This document shows positions 16,287-26,125 of a DNA stretch of 64,000 nucleotides, piece by piece. The notes beneath the pieces were generated by a model that saw only the letters and a list, made by a program, of their open reading frames with translations, was not told where the DNA came from and ran no database searches. The DNA lies in contig DIZX01000016.1 of NCBI GenBank assembly GCA_002429485.1, forward strand, positions 14,889 through 78,888, written 5' to 3'. Origin of the DNA: Patescibacteria group bacterium UBA6017. Its GTDB lineage: Bacteria > Patescibacteriota > Saccharimonadia > UBA4664. Every line of letters begins with the position of its first letter. The first letter of the stretch is position 1. Position numbers and translations under genes: made by a program.

Positions 16287-18425
16287 CTAGGCTTCCTCTT
16301 GCACACCCAACCGCTTCGATAATCGCGCCAACGGCGCCGGCGCCCACCAGTTGAGGTGACCCAGCAGACGCATAGCTGAGGGCACTAGCACCAGCCGCAC
16401 GATTGTCGCATCGATGGCTACCGCCACGCCCAAGCCTACGCCCACTTGCTGGATAATCCCGATCTTGCCGGTGGCAAACAGGCCGATTACTACCACCAGC
16501 ATCAGTGCCGCCGAGGTGATGATGCTGGCCGTTCGCTCCACGCCTACCGCCACGGCGTTGGCATTATTGCCCGTGCGGTCGTACTCTTCTTTGACCCGCG
16601 ATAGCAGGAATAATTCGTAATCCATCGCCAGCCCAAATGCGATTGCGAAGATCAGTACCGGCTGCGTGGCGTCGATGCTGCCATTTGACACAAAACCCAG
16701 CTGACTCGTGAGGTGGCCGTCCTGAAAGATCCACACCAAGACGCCGAATGCGGCCGACAGCGACAGGACGTTTAAGATGACAGCCTTGAATGGGATCACC
16801 ACACTCCCGAGCATGATGAACAGCAGGGTGGAGGTGGTTACCAGAATTATCAGACCCGCCAATGGCAGCTTGGACCCCAGCCCGTCCAGCAGGTCAACCA
16901 ACTCCGCGCTGGTGCCTCCCGAATACACCGTCCAACCCTCAGGTATAGCTACGGTCCTTGCATTGCGCACTACCTGCTGGGCTGCGGGCGACTGACTCTT
17001 ATATTGCTCACTAAAAGCCACGTTGTAGAAGTTGCCCTCGGCGCCGAGAATTTTCTGCTTGTCTAATCCGTCGACTTTGCTGAAACGAGCCAAATATTCG
17101 GATAACTTACGTTGATTGTCCGGCAAATTCGCCGGGCCATCTGCCTCAATTACTAGAGTCAATTTGGTGTCGCCGGCCCCGGCAAAGTTGGTCGCTAGCT
17201 GGTCGTTTACCTGTCGGCTCGAATAGCTGGCGGGCACCGTCTTGGCATCGGGGGTGGTAAATATGGCGGAGTAAAAGGGGATACCCAGCACTACCAGCAG
17301 CTCCACCGCCAGTCCAAACATCAGGAGCGGGCGGCGCATGATGAAGTGGCTGTAGCGGTACCAGAATCCATGCTCGGCCGGGCGAGACAGGCTTTTGTGC
17401 AGCCCCGGTAGCGCCAAGTCGTTAATATGATGGCCAATCAATCGCAAGGCCGCCGGCAGTACCGTGAGCGCCAGTATGGCCGTGGCCGCCACCGCTGCCG
17501 CGCCGCCCATGCCCATGCTGCGCAGGAAGCCTTGTGGGAACACCAAGAGCCCCAGCAGACACAGGACCACGGTGAGGGCGCTAAAGAACACCGTCCGGCC
17601 CGCCGTGCGCAAAGTAGTGGCAATTGCCTTATTGGTAGTGGCTCCGCCCGCCAGCTCTTCCCGGAACCGGCTCACAATAAACAAGCTGTAATCAATCGCC
17701 AGTCCCAATCCCATGAGGGTAATAATATTGATGGCATACACCGACACCGTGGTGTAATTCGTGATTATTCTTACCAGCAAAAATGCCACTAGAATACTCA
17801 ACCCTCCCAGGCCCAGGGGTACCAACGCGGCCACGACACTCCGAAATACCAGCACCAACAAAATCGCCAAGATCGGAAACGACAGCATTTCGGCTTTGGC
17901 CAAATCCTTGGTAACCTGGGCGCTGATCTGGTCATTGACCGCCACGAATCCTCCATACTCTACCGCCACTCCCGTCCCGCTCTTGATCTGGTTTTGGAGA
18001 TTATGGAAGGTGGTCACTTTTTCGGCCTGTGTGCCGTTCAGGGCGACCGTCGCGAAGGTCTGCCTGCCGCTAGTCGATACAAAATCCGGTGCTCCAGTTG
18101 AGAAATAGCTGGTTACGTTCGCCACTCCAGACGTAGACTTGGCCGTATCGAGTTGACGCCTCACGAATTGAGCCGTGCTTGGGTCGCTAGTGATGCTTCG
18201 GTCGCTGGCGGAAAACAAAATTACCAGATCGGACCGCTGATTCTTGAACTCACTCGACAGTGTTGACAGGGCTTTTTCGGATGAAGAGTTCGGGTCGCCA
18301 TAGCCGCCGCTCGATAGCCGGGAGAATACCGTCAGCCCGTAGCTGGCAGCTATCACGGCCAGGATTAGCCCGGCGGTTAGGACCCAGCCCGGCCGGCGAT
18401 TAGTTATGTGTGTCCATCGGTTCAT
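16287..18425 (-). CDS. MMPL-family (RND superfamily) membrane transporter.
   Basis: 712 aa. Two sets of six TM helices separated by large periplasmic domains. Typical MMPL length and topology. Paralog of 54274-56457. Confidence 0.8.
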   Translation of the reverse strand: MNRWTHITNRRPGWVLTAGLILAVIAASYGLTVFSRLSSGGYGDPNSSSEKALSTLSSEFKNQRSDLVILFSASDRSITSDPSTAQFVRRQLDTAKSTSGVANVTSYFSTGAPDFVSTSGRQTFATVALNGTQAEKVTTFHNLQNQIKSGTGVAVEYGGFVAVNDQISAQVTKDLAKAEMLSFPILAILLVLVFRSVVAALVPLGLGGLSILVAFLLVRIITNYTTVSVYAINIITLMGLGLAIDYSLFIVSRFREELAGGATTNKAIATTLRTAGRTVFFSALTVVLCLLGLLVFPQGFLRSMGMGGAAAVAATAILALTVLPAALRLIGHHINDLALPGLHKSLSRPAEHGFWYRYSHFIMRRPLLMFGLAVELLVVLGIPFYSAIFTTPDAKTVPASYSSRQVNDQLATNFAGAGDTKLTLVIEADGPANLPDNQRKLSEYLARFSKVDGLDKQKILGAEGNFYNVAFSEQYKSQSPAAQQVVRNARTVAIPEGWTVYSGGTSAELVDLLDGLGSKLPLAGLIILVTTSTLLFIMLGSVVIPFKAVILNVLSLSAAFGVLVWIFQDGHLTSQLGFVSNGSIDATQPVLIFAIAFGLAMDYELFLLSRVKEEYDRTGNNANAVAVGVERTASIITSAALMLVVVIGLFATGKIGIIQQVGVGLGVAVAIDATIVRLVLVPSAMRLLGHLNWWAPAPLARLSKRLGVQEEA

Positions 18426-18569
18426 CTTGAATCCTATTCTTGCTAATTACACGCATCCGTAAGCGTAATAATACATTATACTTAACACCGCCGAGGCTCA
18501 GGCAGCTTGACCTTATAAGCATAAGTGCGATAATTAGTTACAATAAGTAAGGTATATGTAGTAACTATT

Positions 18570-18890
18570 ATGAAGCAAAATTATCTACACGATCAGCGTG
18601 GCATCGCCATGCTACTCGAGTTGGTTCTCGTAGCCGCAGTTCTTGGCCTAGTTGGCGTTGCGGTCTATCAGTCCAGCCATCGCAACAACCCCACGGCTTC
18701 GGTCGCTGGTCAGCAAGCCGCTCCCAATAGTACCGTTGGTCTGGCCAACTCAGCTGCCGCAATTACGCAATCCGAATCAAATTCCGATTCTGTATTGAGT
18801 GCGTCCGCCGATGCATCGGCCAGCCAGGTCACCGAGTCCGATGTTGACGTATCTAACCTTGGAGGCAGCACCAGTGCGAACTCTTTCTAG
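18570..18890 (+). CDS. Small secreted or pilin-like protein with an N-terminal hydrophobic segment (uncertain).
   Basis: N-terminus RGIAMLLELVLVAAVLGLVGVAVY is loosely prepilin-like. The Ser/Ala-rich tail overlaps the next ORF by about 50 nt in another frame. Confidence 0.3.
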   Translation: MKQNYLHDQRGIAMLLELVLVAAVLGLVGVAVYQSSHRNNPTASVAGQQAAPNSTVGLANSAAAITQSESNSDSVLSASADASASQVTESDVDVSNLGGSTSANSF

Positions 18891-19773
18891 ACTCCTACTT
18901 GTTTCCGTTGCCAGTACAATGCTCATACCTAGTCTCGCTGCCGCCAGAAACGGTGCCGATGATGCCCAGGCTGCCACCCCAACCACGAGTCCCGAGGTTC
19001 ACAGTACGTCCGGCGATTCCGGCTCCGGTAAGGTTGAGCGTCTACCCGATGCTACCCCGAGGGTCAAGGTTGAAGGCGGACAGTTCTGTCTGCGCTTCAC
19101 CGATGCCACCGGCACTGTGAGCTCTGAGACTTCCGATCGCTTCAACAAGCTCAACGATAACTTTGCGACCCGTGGCCAGAAAATTGATTCTGACTTCGCG
19201 GAACTTTCTCAGAAGCAGGGGCAAAATCGAGCAGAGGCAAATTCCAAGCTCACCACCAAATTCGCCGAACTCGACGCCAAAGCCACCACCGCTGACCAAA
19301 AAGCTGCCGTAGCTCAGTACAAGGCGAGCGTGCTTGCCGCCGTGGCCAAGCGCCGCGCCGCCGTGGATGCCGCTAATGATACCTTCAAAGCCGGTTTACT
19401 CCTCGCCGTGACCGACCGCCAAGCCAAGCTCAAGGCCGCCGCTACTACGTATAAGTCCGCTGTAGCCGCCGCCCTGGCGAGCGCCAAATCCAGCTGCGCC
19501 GCCGGTACCGCTCCAGCAACGGTTCGCACCAACCTCAAGGCTGCCCTCGACGTCGCCCGTGCCAACCTGGAAACCGCCCGCAAGTCGGTCGAGAAGGTCG
19601 GACCAAACCTTGACACCCTCAAGGCCGCCCGCAAGGCCGCCGTCGATAAGGCCAACGCCGACTTCAAGGCTGCCGTTCAAGCTGCTCTCGCTAAGCTCAA
19701 GGCCGCTCTCGGTGTCACCGCGAGCAACTCACCTGAGGCCTCGCCGAGTTCATCGCCCGTCTCCACACCGTAG
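18841..19773 (+). CDS. Secreted alanine/lysine-rich repeat protein (amphipathic helical repeats).
   Basis: Signal-peptide-like MLTYLTLEAAPVRTLSRLLLVSVASTMLIPSLAAA. Repeated KAA/KAxL helical motifs. The start was chosen at the in-frame ATG at 18841; the ATG at 18919 is an alternative. Confidence 0.45.
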   Translation: MLTYLTLEAAPVRTLSRLLLVSVASTMLIPSLAAARNGADDAQAATPTTSPEVHSTSGDSGSGKVERLPDATPRVKVEGGQFCLRFTDATGTVSSETSDRFNKLNDNFATRGQKIDSDFAELSQKQGQNRAEANSKLTTKFAELDAKATTADQKAAVAQYKASVLAAVAKRRAAVDAANDTFKAGLLLAVTDRQAKLKAAATTYKSAVAAALASAKSSCAAGTAPATVRTNLKAALDVARANLETARKSVEKVGPNLDTLKAARKAAVDKANADFKAAVQAALAKLKAALGVTASNSPEASPSSSPVSTP

Positions 19774-19843
19774 CCTACCCGCTACGTTCATCAAAAAACC
19801 TCCCGCTTGATCGGGAGGTTTTTAAATTAACAAAATCAGATTG

Positions 19844-21151
19844 TTACGAGCGAATCTCGAAATCTGCTCCCAAGGCTTTGAGCTTGTCCCACAGATTTTC
19901 GTAACCCCGTTCGAGGTGGTGAATGCCGGTGAGCGTCGTTTCGCCGTCGGCTACCAGAGCAGCAATCACCTGTGCCATGCCGGCTCGGATATCGGGGATC
20001 TCCACAGCTGCACCGTGCAGCGGCGTAGCCCCCATGATCACGGCCGAGTGCCGCTGTGATCGGTTGCGGAACCGGCAGGGCAGCTCGCCGAGGCATTTGG
20101 CGAATACACCGATGTCGGCTCCCATGCGGCGCAGATCTTCGGTGTAGCCGAACCGGTCTTCGTAGACCGTCTCATGCACCACCGATATGCCCTTGGCTTG
20201 GGTGAGTGTAACCACGGTTGGCTGCTGCCAGTCGGTCGCGAACCCCGGGTAGGTGTCGGTCTCGAGCTCGATACCGACCAGTCCGCCATTCCCGCGCCGG
20301 AAACGTATCCATTCGGGGGTTACTTCGAAGTCGCCCCCGATACGCTTAATGGTGTTCAGGAATGTCACGAGTTCGCTCTGGCGGGCGCCTTCCACGATGA
20401 TTTCACCGCCGGTCGCGATAGCCAGGTTGGCAAACGATGCCGCCTCCAGCCGGTCGGGTATGACTTCGTAGCTTACTCCGTGCAGACGCTTTACGCCGTC
20501 GATCGTGAGAGTACGGTTGGCGCCAAACTCAATAATTGCACCCATCTGCTGCAAAAATTTCACGATGTCGACAATTTCCGGCTCCACGGCGGCATTCTCA
20601 ATCCGGGTGCGGCCCGAGGCTAAGACGCCGGCCAAAATAATCGTCTCGGTCGCGCCGATGCTAGGATAGGGGAGTACAATGGTGGCTCCGCGCAGCCCGC
20701 CCTTTGGTGCACGCGCCTTGTAGCTGCCTTCCGCCTCCTCGATCACGGCTCCCATTTGTATCAGAGCCTGAAGGTGGAAATCTACCGGCCTGGGCCCGAT
20801 TGCGTCGCCGCCTACTCGCGGTACCTCCGCCTCACCCGAACGATGCAGCAAGGGCGCAATCGCCAGGATCGAAATTCGGTTGGCCCGGGTCATTTTAGCC
20901 ACCTTAGTGCTGACGATTTTCGGGGTCTGGATCACAATTCGGCTGCCCTCCCGACGCACGTGCGCACCAATTGCAGCGCAAATCTCGGACGTAATCGATA
21001 TCTCCTCAATTTGCGGACAGTTGTCGAGAGTAACCTCTTCATCGGTCAAGAGGCTGGCAACCATCATCTTTGATGCTGCATTTTTTGCTCCGGCTACTCG
21101 AACGCGGCCCGACAGCGGACGTCCCCCTCGGATATGAAGTGTTTTGGTCAC
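19844..21151 (-). CDS. murA: UDP-N-acetylglucosamine 1-carboxyvinyltransferase.
   Basis: N-terminal RIRGGRPLSGRVRVAGAKNA. Length 435 aa. Typical MurA/EPSP-synthase-fold conservation throughout. Confidence 0.9.
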   Translation of the reverse strand: MTKTLHIRGGRPLSGRVRVAGAKNAASKMMVASLLTDEEVTLDNCPQIEEISITSEICAAIGAHVRREGSRIVIQTPKIVSTKVAKMTRANRISILAIAPLLHRSGEAEVPRVGGDAIGPRPVDFHLQALIQMGAVIEEAEGSYKARAPKGGLRGATIVLPYPSIGATETIILAGVLASGRTRIENAAVEPEIVDIVKFLQQMGAIIEFGANRTLTIDGVKRLHGVSYEVIPDRLEAASFANLAIATGGEIIVEGARQSELVTFLNTIKRIGGDFEVTPEWIRFRRGNGGLVGIELETDTYPGFATDWQQPTVVTLTQAKGISVVHETVYEDRFGYTEDLRRMGADIGVFAKCLGELPCRFRNRSQRHSAVIMGATPLHGAAVEIPDIRAGMAQVIAALVADGETTLTGIHHLERGYENLWDKLKALGADFEIRS

Positions 21152-21215
21152 GAGAATTATTACCTTTCAATGCTAATCATACCGTATAGTGCTTGGCTGG
21201 GGTAGAATATCTAAT

Positions 21216-22517
21216 ATGAAATCACACGTTCGCCGTTTCATTGCCAGCCTTTTCGAGCAGCAAGTCCACCGCCTCGTTATTCGTCACCATCTCAAAGTGG
21301 TCGCCGTTGGCGGAAGTGTGGGTAAAACTTCCACCAAAACTGCCATTGCTACCGTCTTGAGTGAAAAGTACCGCACCTTGGTTCATCCCGGAAACTACAA
21401 TTCCGAGCTCGGGCTGCCGCTGTCGGTGTTTGAGCTTTCCGTGCCCGGAAACTTACTCAACCTCTTCGCCTGGGCCTGGCGCCTAATCCAATCGGAGTGG
21501 CAGATCTACAGCTATCCCTATGATGTCATCGTGCTCGAACTCGGTACCGATCACCCCGGCGAAATTCCGCTGTATTTGCGCTATCTCAGTCCTGACATCG
21601 GCGTGCTGACTGCCCTCACTCCCGAGCATATGGAGAATTTTCCGGATGGGCTAGATCAGGTCGCCGTCGAAGAGCTCACTCTTGCTTCTGCCTCCAAAAT
21701 TTTCTTGGCCAACCTTGACGAAATTCCGGCCAAATACCGCCGCAAATACATCGACGCTCATCCGCACCATCATTACTACGGCCTCGATAAAACCGCCGAG
21801 TATGGCTTCGAGATGATCAGCACCGACCCTCAGACCGGAACTAGCGGCCAGCTCATCCACGCGGGCCATAAGGTGATCGAGGACCTTAAAATCGGCCTCT
21901 TTGGCGCCCATAGTATGAAAGCTGCCGTGGCCGCCTACGCGGTAGGGGATTTACTCGGCCTTTCCAAACATCAGATTGAAGCAGGCTTGGCCAAGCTCCA
22001 GCCGGTAGCTGGACGCATGAACCCGCTGGCCGGCCTAAATGGCGCAACTATTATCGATGACACCTACAATTCCAGTCCCGATGCCGCCATTGCCGCTCTG
22101 GCCTCAATCTCAGATGCCGCTGTCTCTGGCCGCCGTATCGCCATTCTCGGTTCCATGAATGAGCTCGGGTCGGATTCTCCCGGCTACCACGAGCAAGTGG
22201 GCGAGGCGGCCGCCGGAGTGGACCTGCTGATAACTATCGGTGCGGTCGCTACCCAGCACCTGGGGCCGGCCGCCGTTCGGGCGGGCCTCGACCCAACCCG
22301 TTTCATGCCCGCTATTTCGCCCTATGCCGCCGGCGAGCACGTGAAGCTCCTCCTCTCGCCCGGCGACATCGTCCTCGTGAAAGGTTCTCAGAATGGTGTC
22401 TTCGCCGAAGAGGCGGTAAAAATATTGTTGGCCGATCCATCCGACGCCGGCAAACTCGTACGCCAATCACCTGCCTGGCTTCATGTTAAGGCCAAGCAAT
22501 TCCCGGATGCTCCCTAG
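21216..22517 (+). CDS. Mur ligase family enzyme, probably UDP-MurNAc-tripeptide--D-Ala-D-Ala ligase (MurF-like).
   Basis: ATP-binding P-loop VVAVGGSVGKTSTKTAIA. Mur-ligase central and C-terminal domains. Start chosen at the ATG at 21216, which has TTGGCT-N17-TAGAAT upstream. Confidence 0.75.
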   Translation: MKSHVRRFIASLFEQQVHRLVIRHHLKVVAVGGSVGKTSTKTAIATVLSEKYRTLVHPGNYNSELGLPLSVFELSVPGNLLNLFAWAWRLIQSEWQIYSYPYDVIVLELGTDHPGEIPLYLRYLSPDIGVLTALTPEHMENFPDGLDQVAVEELTLASASKIFLANLDEIPAKYRRKYIDAHPHHHYYGLDKTAEYGFEMISTDPQTGTSGQLIHAGHKVIEDLKIGLFGAHSMKAAVAAYAVGDLLGLSKHQIEAGLAKLQPVAGRMNPLAGLNGATIIDDTYNSSPDAAIAALASISDAAVSGRRIAILGSMNELGSDSPGYHEQVGEAAAGVDLLITIGAVATQHLGPAAVRAGLDPTRFMPAISPYAAGEHVKLLLSPGDIVLVKGSQNGVFAEEAVKILLADPSDAGKLVRQSPAWLHVKAKQFPDAP

Positions 22518-22634
22518 CCCTTCGTGAAATTACGTAGAAAATGCCGACCTACCTAGGTCAGTTTTACTCTTTTCAGAAGAGTAAAATGAGGACACCATGA
22601 CAAAACCCCTGCAAATTCCAGCCAAATAAAGCGG

Positions 22635-22674
22635 CCCGCTCCGTCTGCCGAATAAATCTGGCAGACAGAGCGGG
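22635..22674. terminator. Bidirectional terminator hairpin (14-bp stem) between the convergent murF-like gene and the 22703-23194 gene.
   Basis: cccgctccgtctgcc gaataaatct ggcagacagagcggg: near-perfect 14-bp stem with a single mismatch. Confidence 0.55.
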
Positions 22675-22702
22675 CGTAATGCGAAAGCGATGACTCAGGG
22701 TT

Positions 22703-23194
22703 TCACTCGAGTCGAGCCTCAAAGTCGAGAAGCCTATGTTCCATAGGAGGTGCCTCGTGCTCGGTCCAGTAGATCTGGGCCAGCATGATGTACTTGCAGG
22801 CGCCGGCGCCGAAGCGCGACTCTATGCAGTTGCACGACCAACAGTTGCCAGGTCCAGAGGACACTGCGTGGGAGGGCTTGCCGTCGATAGAGATCGCCAG
22901 CGTGGTGTTCGGGTTCACGCGGTAGTGCTTGGGCAGCATGCTCAGAACATCTCCGAACACGATCTCGACGTAGTCGAGCCTGCCCCTCTGCGCATAGTCC
23001 TGGAGCAATCGAACGACGGTTCCTCGCTCAGCCGGGGTGAGATCGAAGAAGCCATCGCAGGCATCGGGGTTCTCGTCCAGTATGTCGCCCAGCTCGAGAT
23101 GCCAGGCAATTGCGCGGAGGTTACTTCCCTCCAAGGCCGGTGAGACAAATCCAGGGAGAACGGGATCGGTTGAGTATATCGTCGGTGAGGTCAC
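22703..23194 (-). CDS. Hypothetical Cys-rich protein, in a locally high-GC segment.
   Basis: 163 aa. CWSCNC...C cluster. ~60% GC compared with ~52% in the flanks. No recognisable family. Confidence 0.4.
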   Translation of the reverse strand: MTSPTIYSTDPVLPGFVSPALEGSNLRAIAWHLELGDILDENPDACDGFFDLTPAERGTVVRLLQDYAQRGRLDYVEIVFGDVLSMLPKHYRVNPNTTLAISIDGKPSHAVSSGPGNCWSCNCIESRFGAGACKYIMLAQIYWTEHEAPPMEHRLLDFEARLE

Positions 23195-23320
23195 AGAATT
23201 TCCTATCGAGAGAAGGACGTTCGAACTTGCACATTATTGAGCATTACCATTAAATAATCAAATTGCCAAAAGCCCTAGAACTAGCCACAAATTGAAATCC
23301 CTCTATAATAAAGTCCATAT

Positions 23321-26119
23321 ATGAAAAAATACGATCCCAAGACTATTGAACCCAACTGGCAGCAAACCTGGGCCGACACTAAGCTATATGCTGCCGTCAC
23401 GGGCGATACCGCTCGCGAAAAATACTATATGCTCACCGAATTTCCGTATCCTTCCGGCGCCGGTCTTCACGCTGGGCATACCCGCGAATATACCCTCGGC
23501 GATGTAATAGCCCGCCACAAACGCATGCAGGGCTTCAACGTGCTCTATCCTATGGGTTACGACGCTTTCGGTTTGCCCACAGAAAATTTCGCCATCAAGC
23601 ACAAAATCCGCCCCCAAGACGCCACTAGCCAAAATGTCGAGGTCTTCCGCCAGCAATTCGATTCCCTCGGCCTTAGCTTCGACTGGGATCGCGAGGTCAA
23701 CACTACCCACCCCGATTACTACCGCTGGACGCAGTGGCTATTCCTTAAATTCCACGCCGCCGGCCTCGCCTATCAAGCTGAAATGCCCATCAACTGGTGC
23801 CCGAAAGAAAAAACCGGTCTCTCCAACGAAGAAGTGGTCGACGGCAAGCACGAGCGCTGCGGCACCCCGGTCGAAAAAAAGCTCATCAAGCAATGGATGC
23901 TCAAAATCACTGCCTACGCCGACCGCCTCATCGAGGGTCTCAAGACCGTCGATTACCCCAGCCGCATCGCCGACCAGCAAGTCAACTGGATCGGCCGCTC
24001 CGAAGGCGCCGAGATTGATTTCTTGGTGGGGGAGTCGGGTGTGGCACCCAAAGACAGCCTCAAATTCACCCCCGAGCTTACCAAACTCGTCCTTGACGGC
24101 AGCAAAACCAACACCGTCCGCCTTGAGCCCAAAAACCTCCAAGTGGGCGACATTGCCAGCCTCATTACGCGATTGAGCCCCACCGACACTCAGGTTTTTG
24201 CCCAGGCCAAAGTGACCAAAATTGAAACAATGCCGCTCGGTCAAATTCCGCTCGACCTCGACGGGCACGAACCGTTCGCTTCTACCGACGAGCAGCTGGC
24301 CGCCTATCGCGGCTATTACGGCGACACGGTTGGATTCGATACCGAGTTCACGATCTACTATTTTGACTCGGTCCAGCCCACCGTCACCGTCTACACCACC
24401 CGCCCCGACACCCTCGCCGGCGCAACTTTCTTGGTGCTCGCTCCTGAGCATGCTGCGGTTGCCCAAATCACTACTCCCGACCAGCGTTCCCAGGTCGAAG
24501 CCTACGTTAAAAAGGCTCAGGGTGAATCCGAAATCGACCGTCAAAACACCGACCGCACCAAAACGGGCGTTTTCACCGGAGCCTACTCCGCGAACCCCAT
24601 TACCGGCGCCAAAGTACCAGTCTGGATTGCCGACTACGTCCTCGCCAGCTACGGCACCGGCGCCATCATGGCTGTCCCTGCCCACGACGAGCGCGATTTT
24701 GCCTTTGCCAAAGCCTTTAAGCTGGATATTCAGCAAGTAGTCTCGGGCGATGATTTGCCCGCGGTGGCCACTGGCAAGCTCATCAATTCCGGACAGTTCG
24801 ACGGGCTCGAGGGTGCCGAGGCCAAGCGGGCTATCGTCAAATATCTCGAGGACAAAGGCAGCGCCAAGACGGCCGTCAAATACAAACTCCGCGACTGGAT
24901 CTTCTCCCGCCAGCATTACTGGGGCGAGCCCATTCCGATCGTCCACTGCGAACACTGCGGCGCCGTGCCAGTGCCCGAGGATCAGCTGCCTATAACTTTG
25001 CCCGACGTGGAGCACTATGAACCTACCGAAACGGGGGAGTCCCCGCTCGCCGCCATCACCGACTGGGTCAATACTGCCTGCCCGAAGTGCGATAAACCCG
25101 CCAAGCGCGAGACCGACACAATGCCCAACTGGGCGGGTTCGAGCTGGTATTATCTGCGCTATATGGATGCCCATAATGACCAAGCCTTTGCGAGTCCTGA
25201 AGCCCTCAAATACTGGGGTGAGGTCGATTTGTATCTCGGCGGCATGGAGCACACCACGCTCCACTTGCTCTACTCGCGCTTCTGGCACCAATTCTTTTAC
25301 GACCAGGGCCTAGTGCCCACCCCCGAGCCCTACGCCGCCCGCCGCGGCCAAGGCATCGTGCTGGCCGCCGACGGCCGTAAAATGAGTAAATCCATCGGCA
25401 ACGTAGTGAATCCCACCGATATCATTGCCAGCTATGGCGCCGACACGCTGCGCCTCTACATCCTGTTTATGGCCCCCTACGACGAAACCACCCCTTGGAG
25501 CGAAGAGCGCCTGGCTGGTGCTTCGAGGTTTGTGTGGCGCGTTTGGGCGCTCGCCCAGGAGCTCATTGAGGCTCATGCCTTCACTCGAGCCATGAAGCCC
25601 GGCCCCGGCGACGCCTTCGAAACCGAAGTCGACCGTGCTACCCACAAAGCCATCAAAAAGGTCCACGATGAGCTGGGCGGCATGCGCTTCAATACCGCCG
25701 TCAGCGCCCTCATGGAATACGTGAATTTCCTCTCAGATGCCAAAACCAAGGCTCGTTTGCTCGAGCCGGCATCGGCCGCCCTAGCTTGGCGCGCCCTCAA
25801 TACCCTCGTCCAACTCCTCGCCCCTATTACCCCGCATATGTCCGAAGAGCTCTGGCACCAACTTGGCTACCCGGGCAGTGTGCACGTGGCCGGCTGGCCC
25901 GAGTATGACCCCGAGCTCATCAAGGACGACGTGGTGGTGATTGTGGTGCAGGTGAACGGCAAGGTGCGGGCCAATTTAGCTATGACACCCGACGCTACCC
26001 AGTCCGAGTTAGCTGAGGCCGCCAAGGCCGACCCCAATGTGGCCAAATACCTTCAAGACGGCCAACTGCTCAAGACCATCGTCGTTCCGCGCAAGCTCGT
26101 AAATTTCGTCGTAAAGTAG
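23321..26119 (+). CDS. leuS: Leucyl-tRNA synthetase.
   Basis: HIGH-type motif (PSGAGLHAGH). KMSKS motif (RKMSKSIGNV). CP1 editing domain. 932 aa. TATAAT -10 lies 17 nt upstream. Confidence 0.95.
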   Translation: MKKYDPKTIEPNWQQTWADTKLYAAVTGDTAREKYYMLTEFPYPSGAGLHAGHTREYTLGDVIARHKRMQGFNVLYPMGYDAFGLPTENFAIKHKIRPQDATSQNVEVFRQQFDSLGLSFDWDREVNTTHPDYYRWTQWLFLKFHAAGLAYQAEMPINWCPKEKTGLSNEEVVDGKHERCGTPVEKKLIKQWMLKITAYADRLIEGLKTVDYPSRIADQQVNWIGRSEGAEIDFLVGESGVAPKDSLKFTPELTKLVLDGSKTNTVRLEPKNLQVGDIASLITRLSPTDTQVFAQAKVTKIETMPLGQIPLDLDGHEPFASTDEQLAAYRGYYGDTVGFDTEFTIYYFDSVQPTVTVYTTRPDTLAGATFLVLAPEHAAVAQITTPDQRSQVEAYVKKAQGESEIDRQNTDRTKTGVFTGAYSANPITGAKVPVWIADYVLASYGTGAIMAVPAHDERDFAFAKAFKLDIQQVVSGDDLPAVATGKLINSGQFDGLEGAEAKRAIVKYLEDKGSAKTAVKYKLRDWIFSRQHYWGEPIPIVHCEHCGAVPVPEDQLPITLPDVEHYEPTETGESPLAAITDWVNTACPKCDKPAKRETDTMPNWAGSSWYYLRYMDAHNDQAFASPEALKYWGEVDLYLGGMEHTTLHLLYSRFWHQFFYDQGLVPTPEPYAARRGQGIVLAADGRKMSKSIGNVVNPTDIIASYGADTLRLYILFMAPYDETTPWSEERLAGASRFVWRVWALAQELIEAHAFTRAMKPGPGDAFETEVDRATHKAIKKVHDELGGMRFNTAVSALMEYVNFLSDAKTKARLLEPASAALAWRALNTLVQLLAPITPHMSEELWHQLGYPGSVHVAGWPEYDPELIKDDVVVIVVQVNGKVRANLAMTPDATQSELAEAAKADPNVAKYLQDGQLLKTIVVPRKLVNFVVK

Positions 26120-26125
26120 CCGATA

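Noticed and set aside
23738-25291. 517-aa minus-strand ORF inside leuS.
   Set aside because: It is antisense to a gene with clear HIGH/KMSKS synthetase motifs. It is Gly/Val/Ala-rich, which is typical of frame -1 translation of GC-rich coding DNA.
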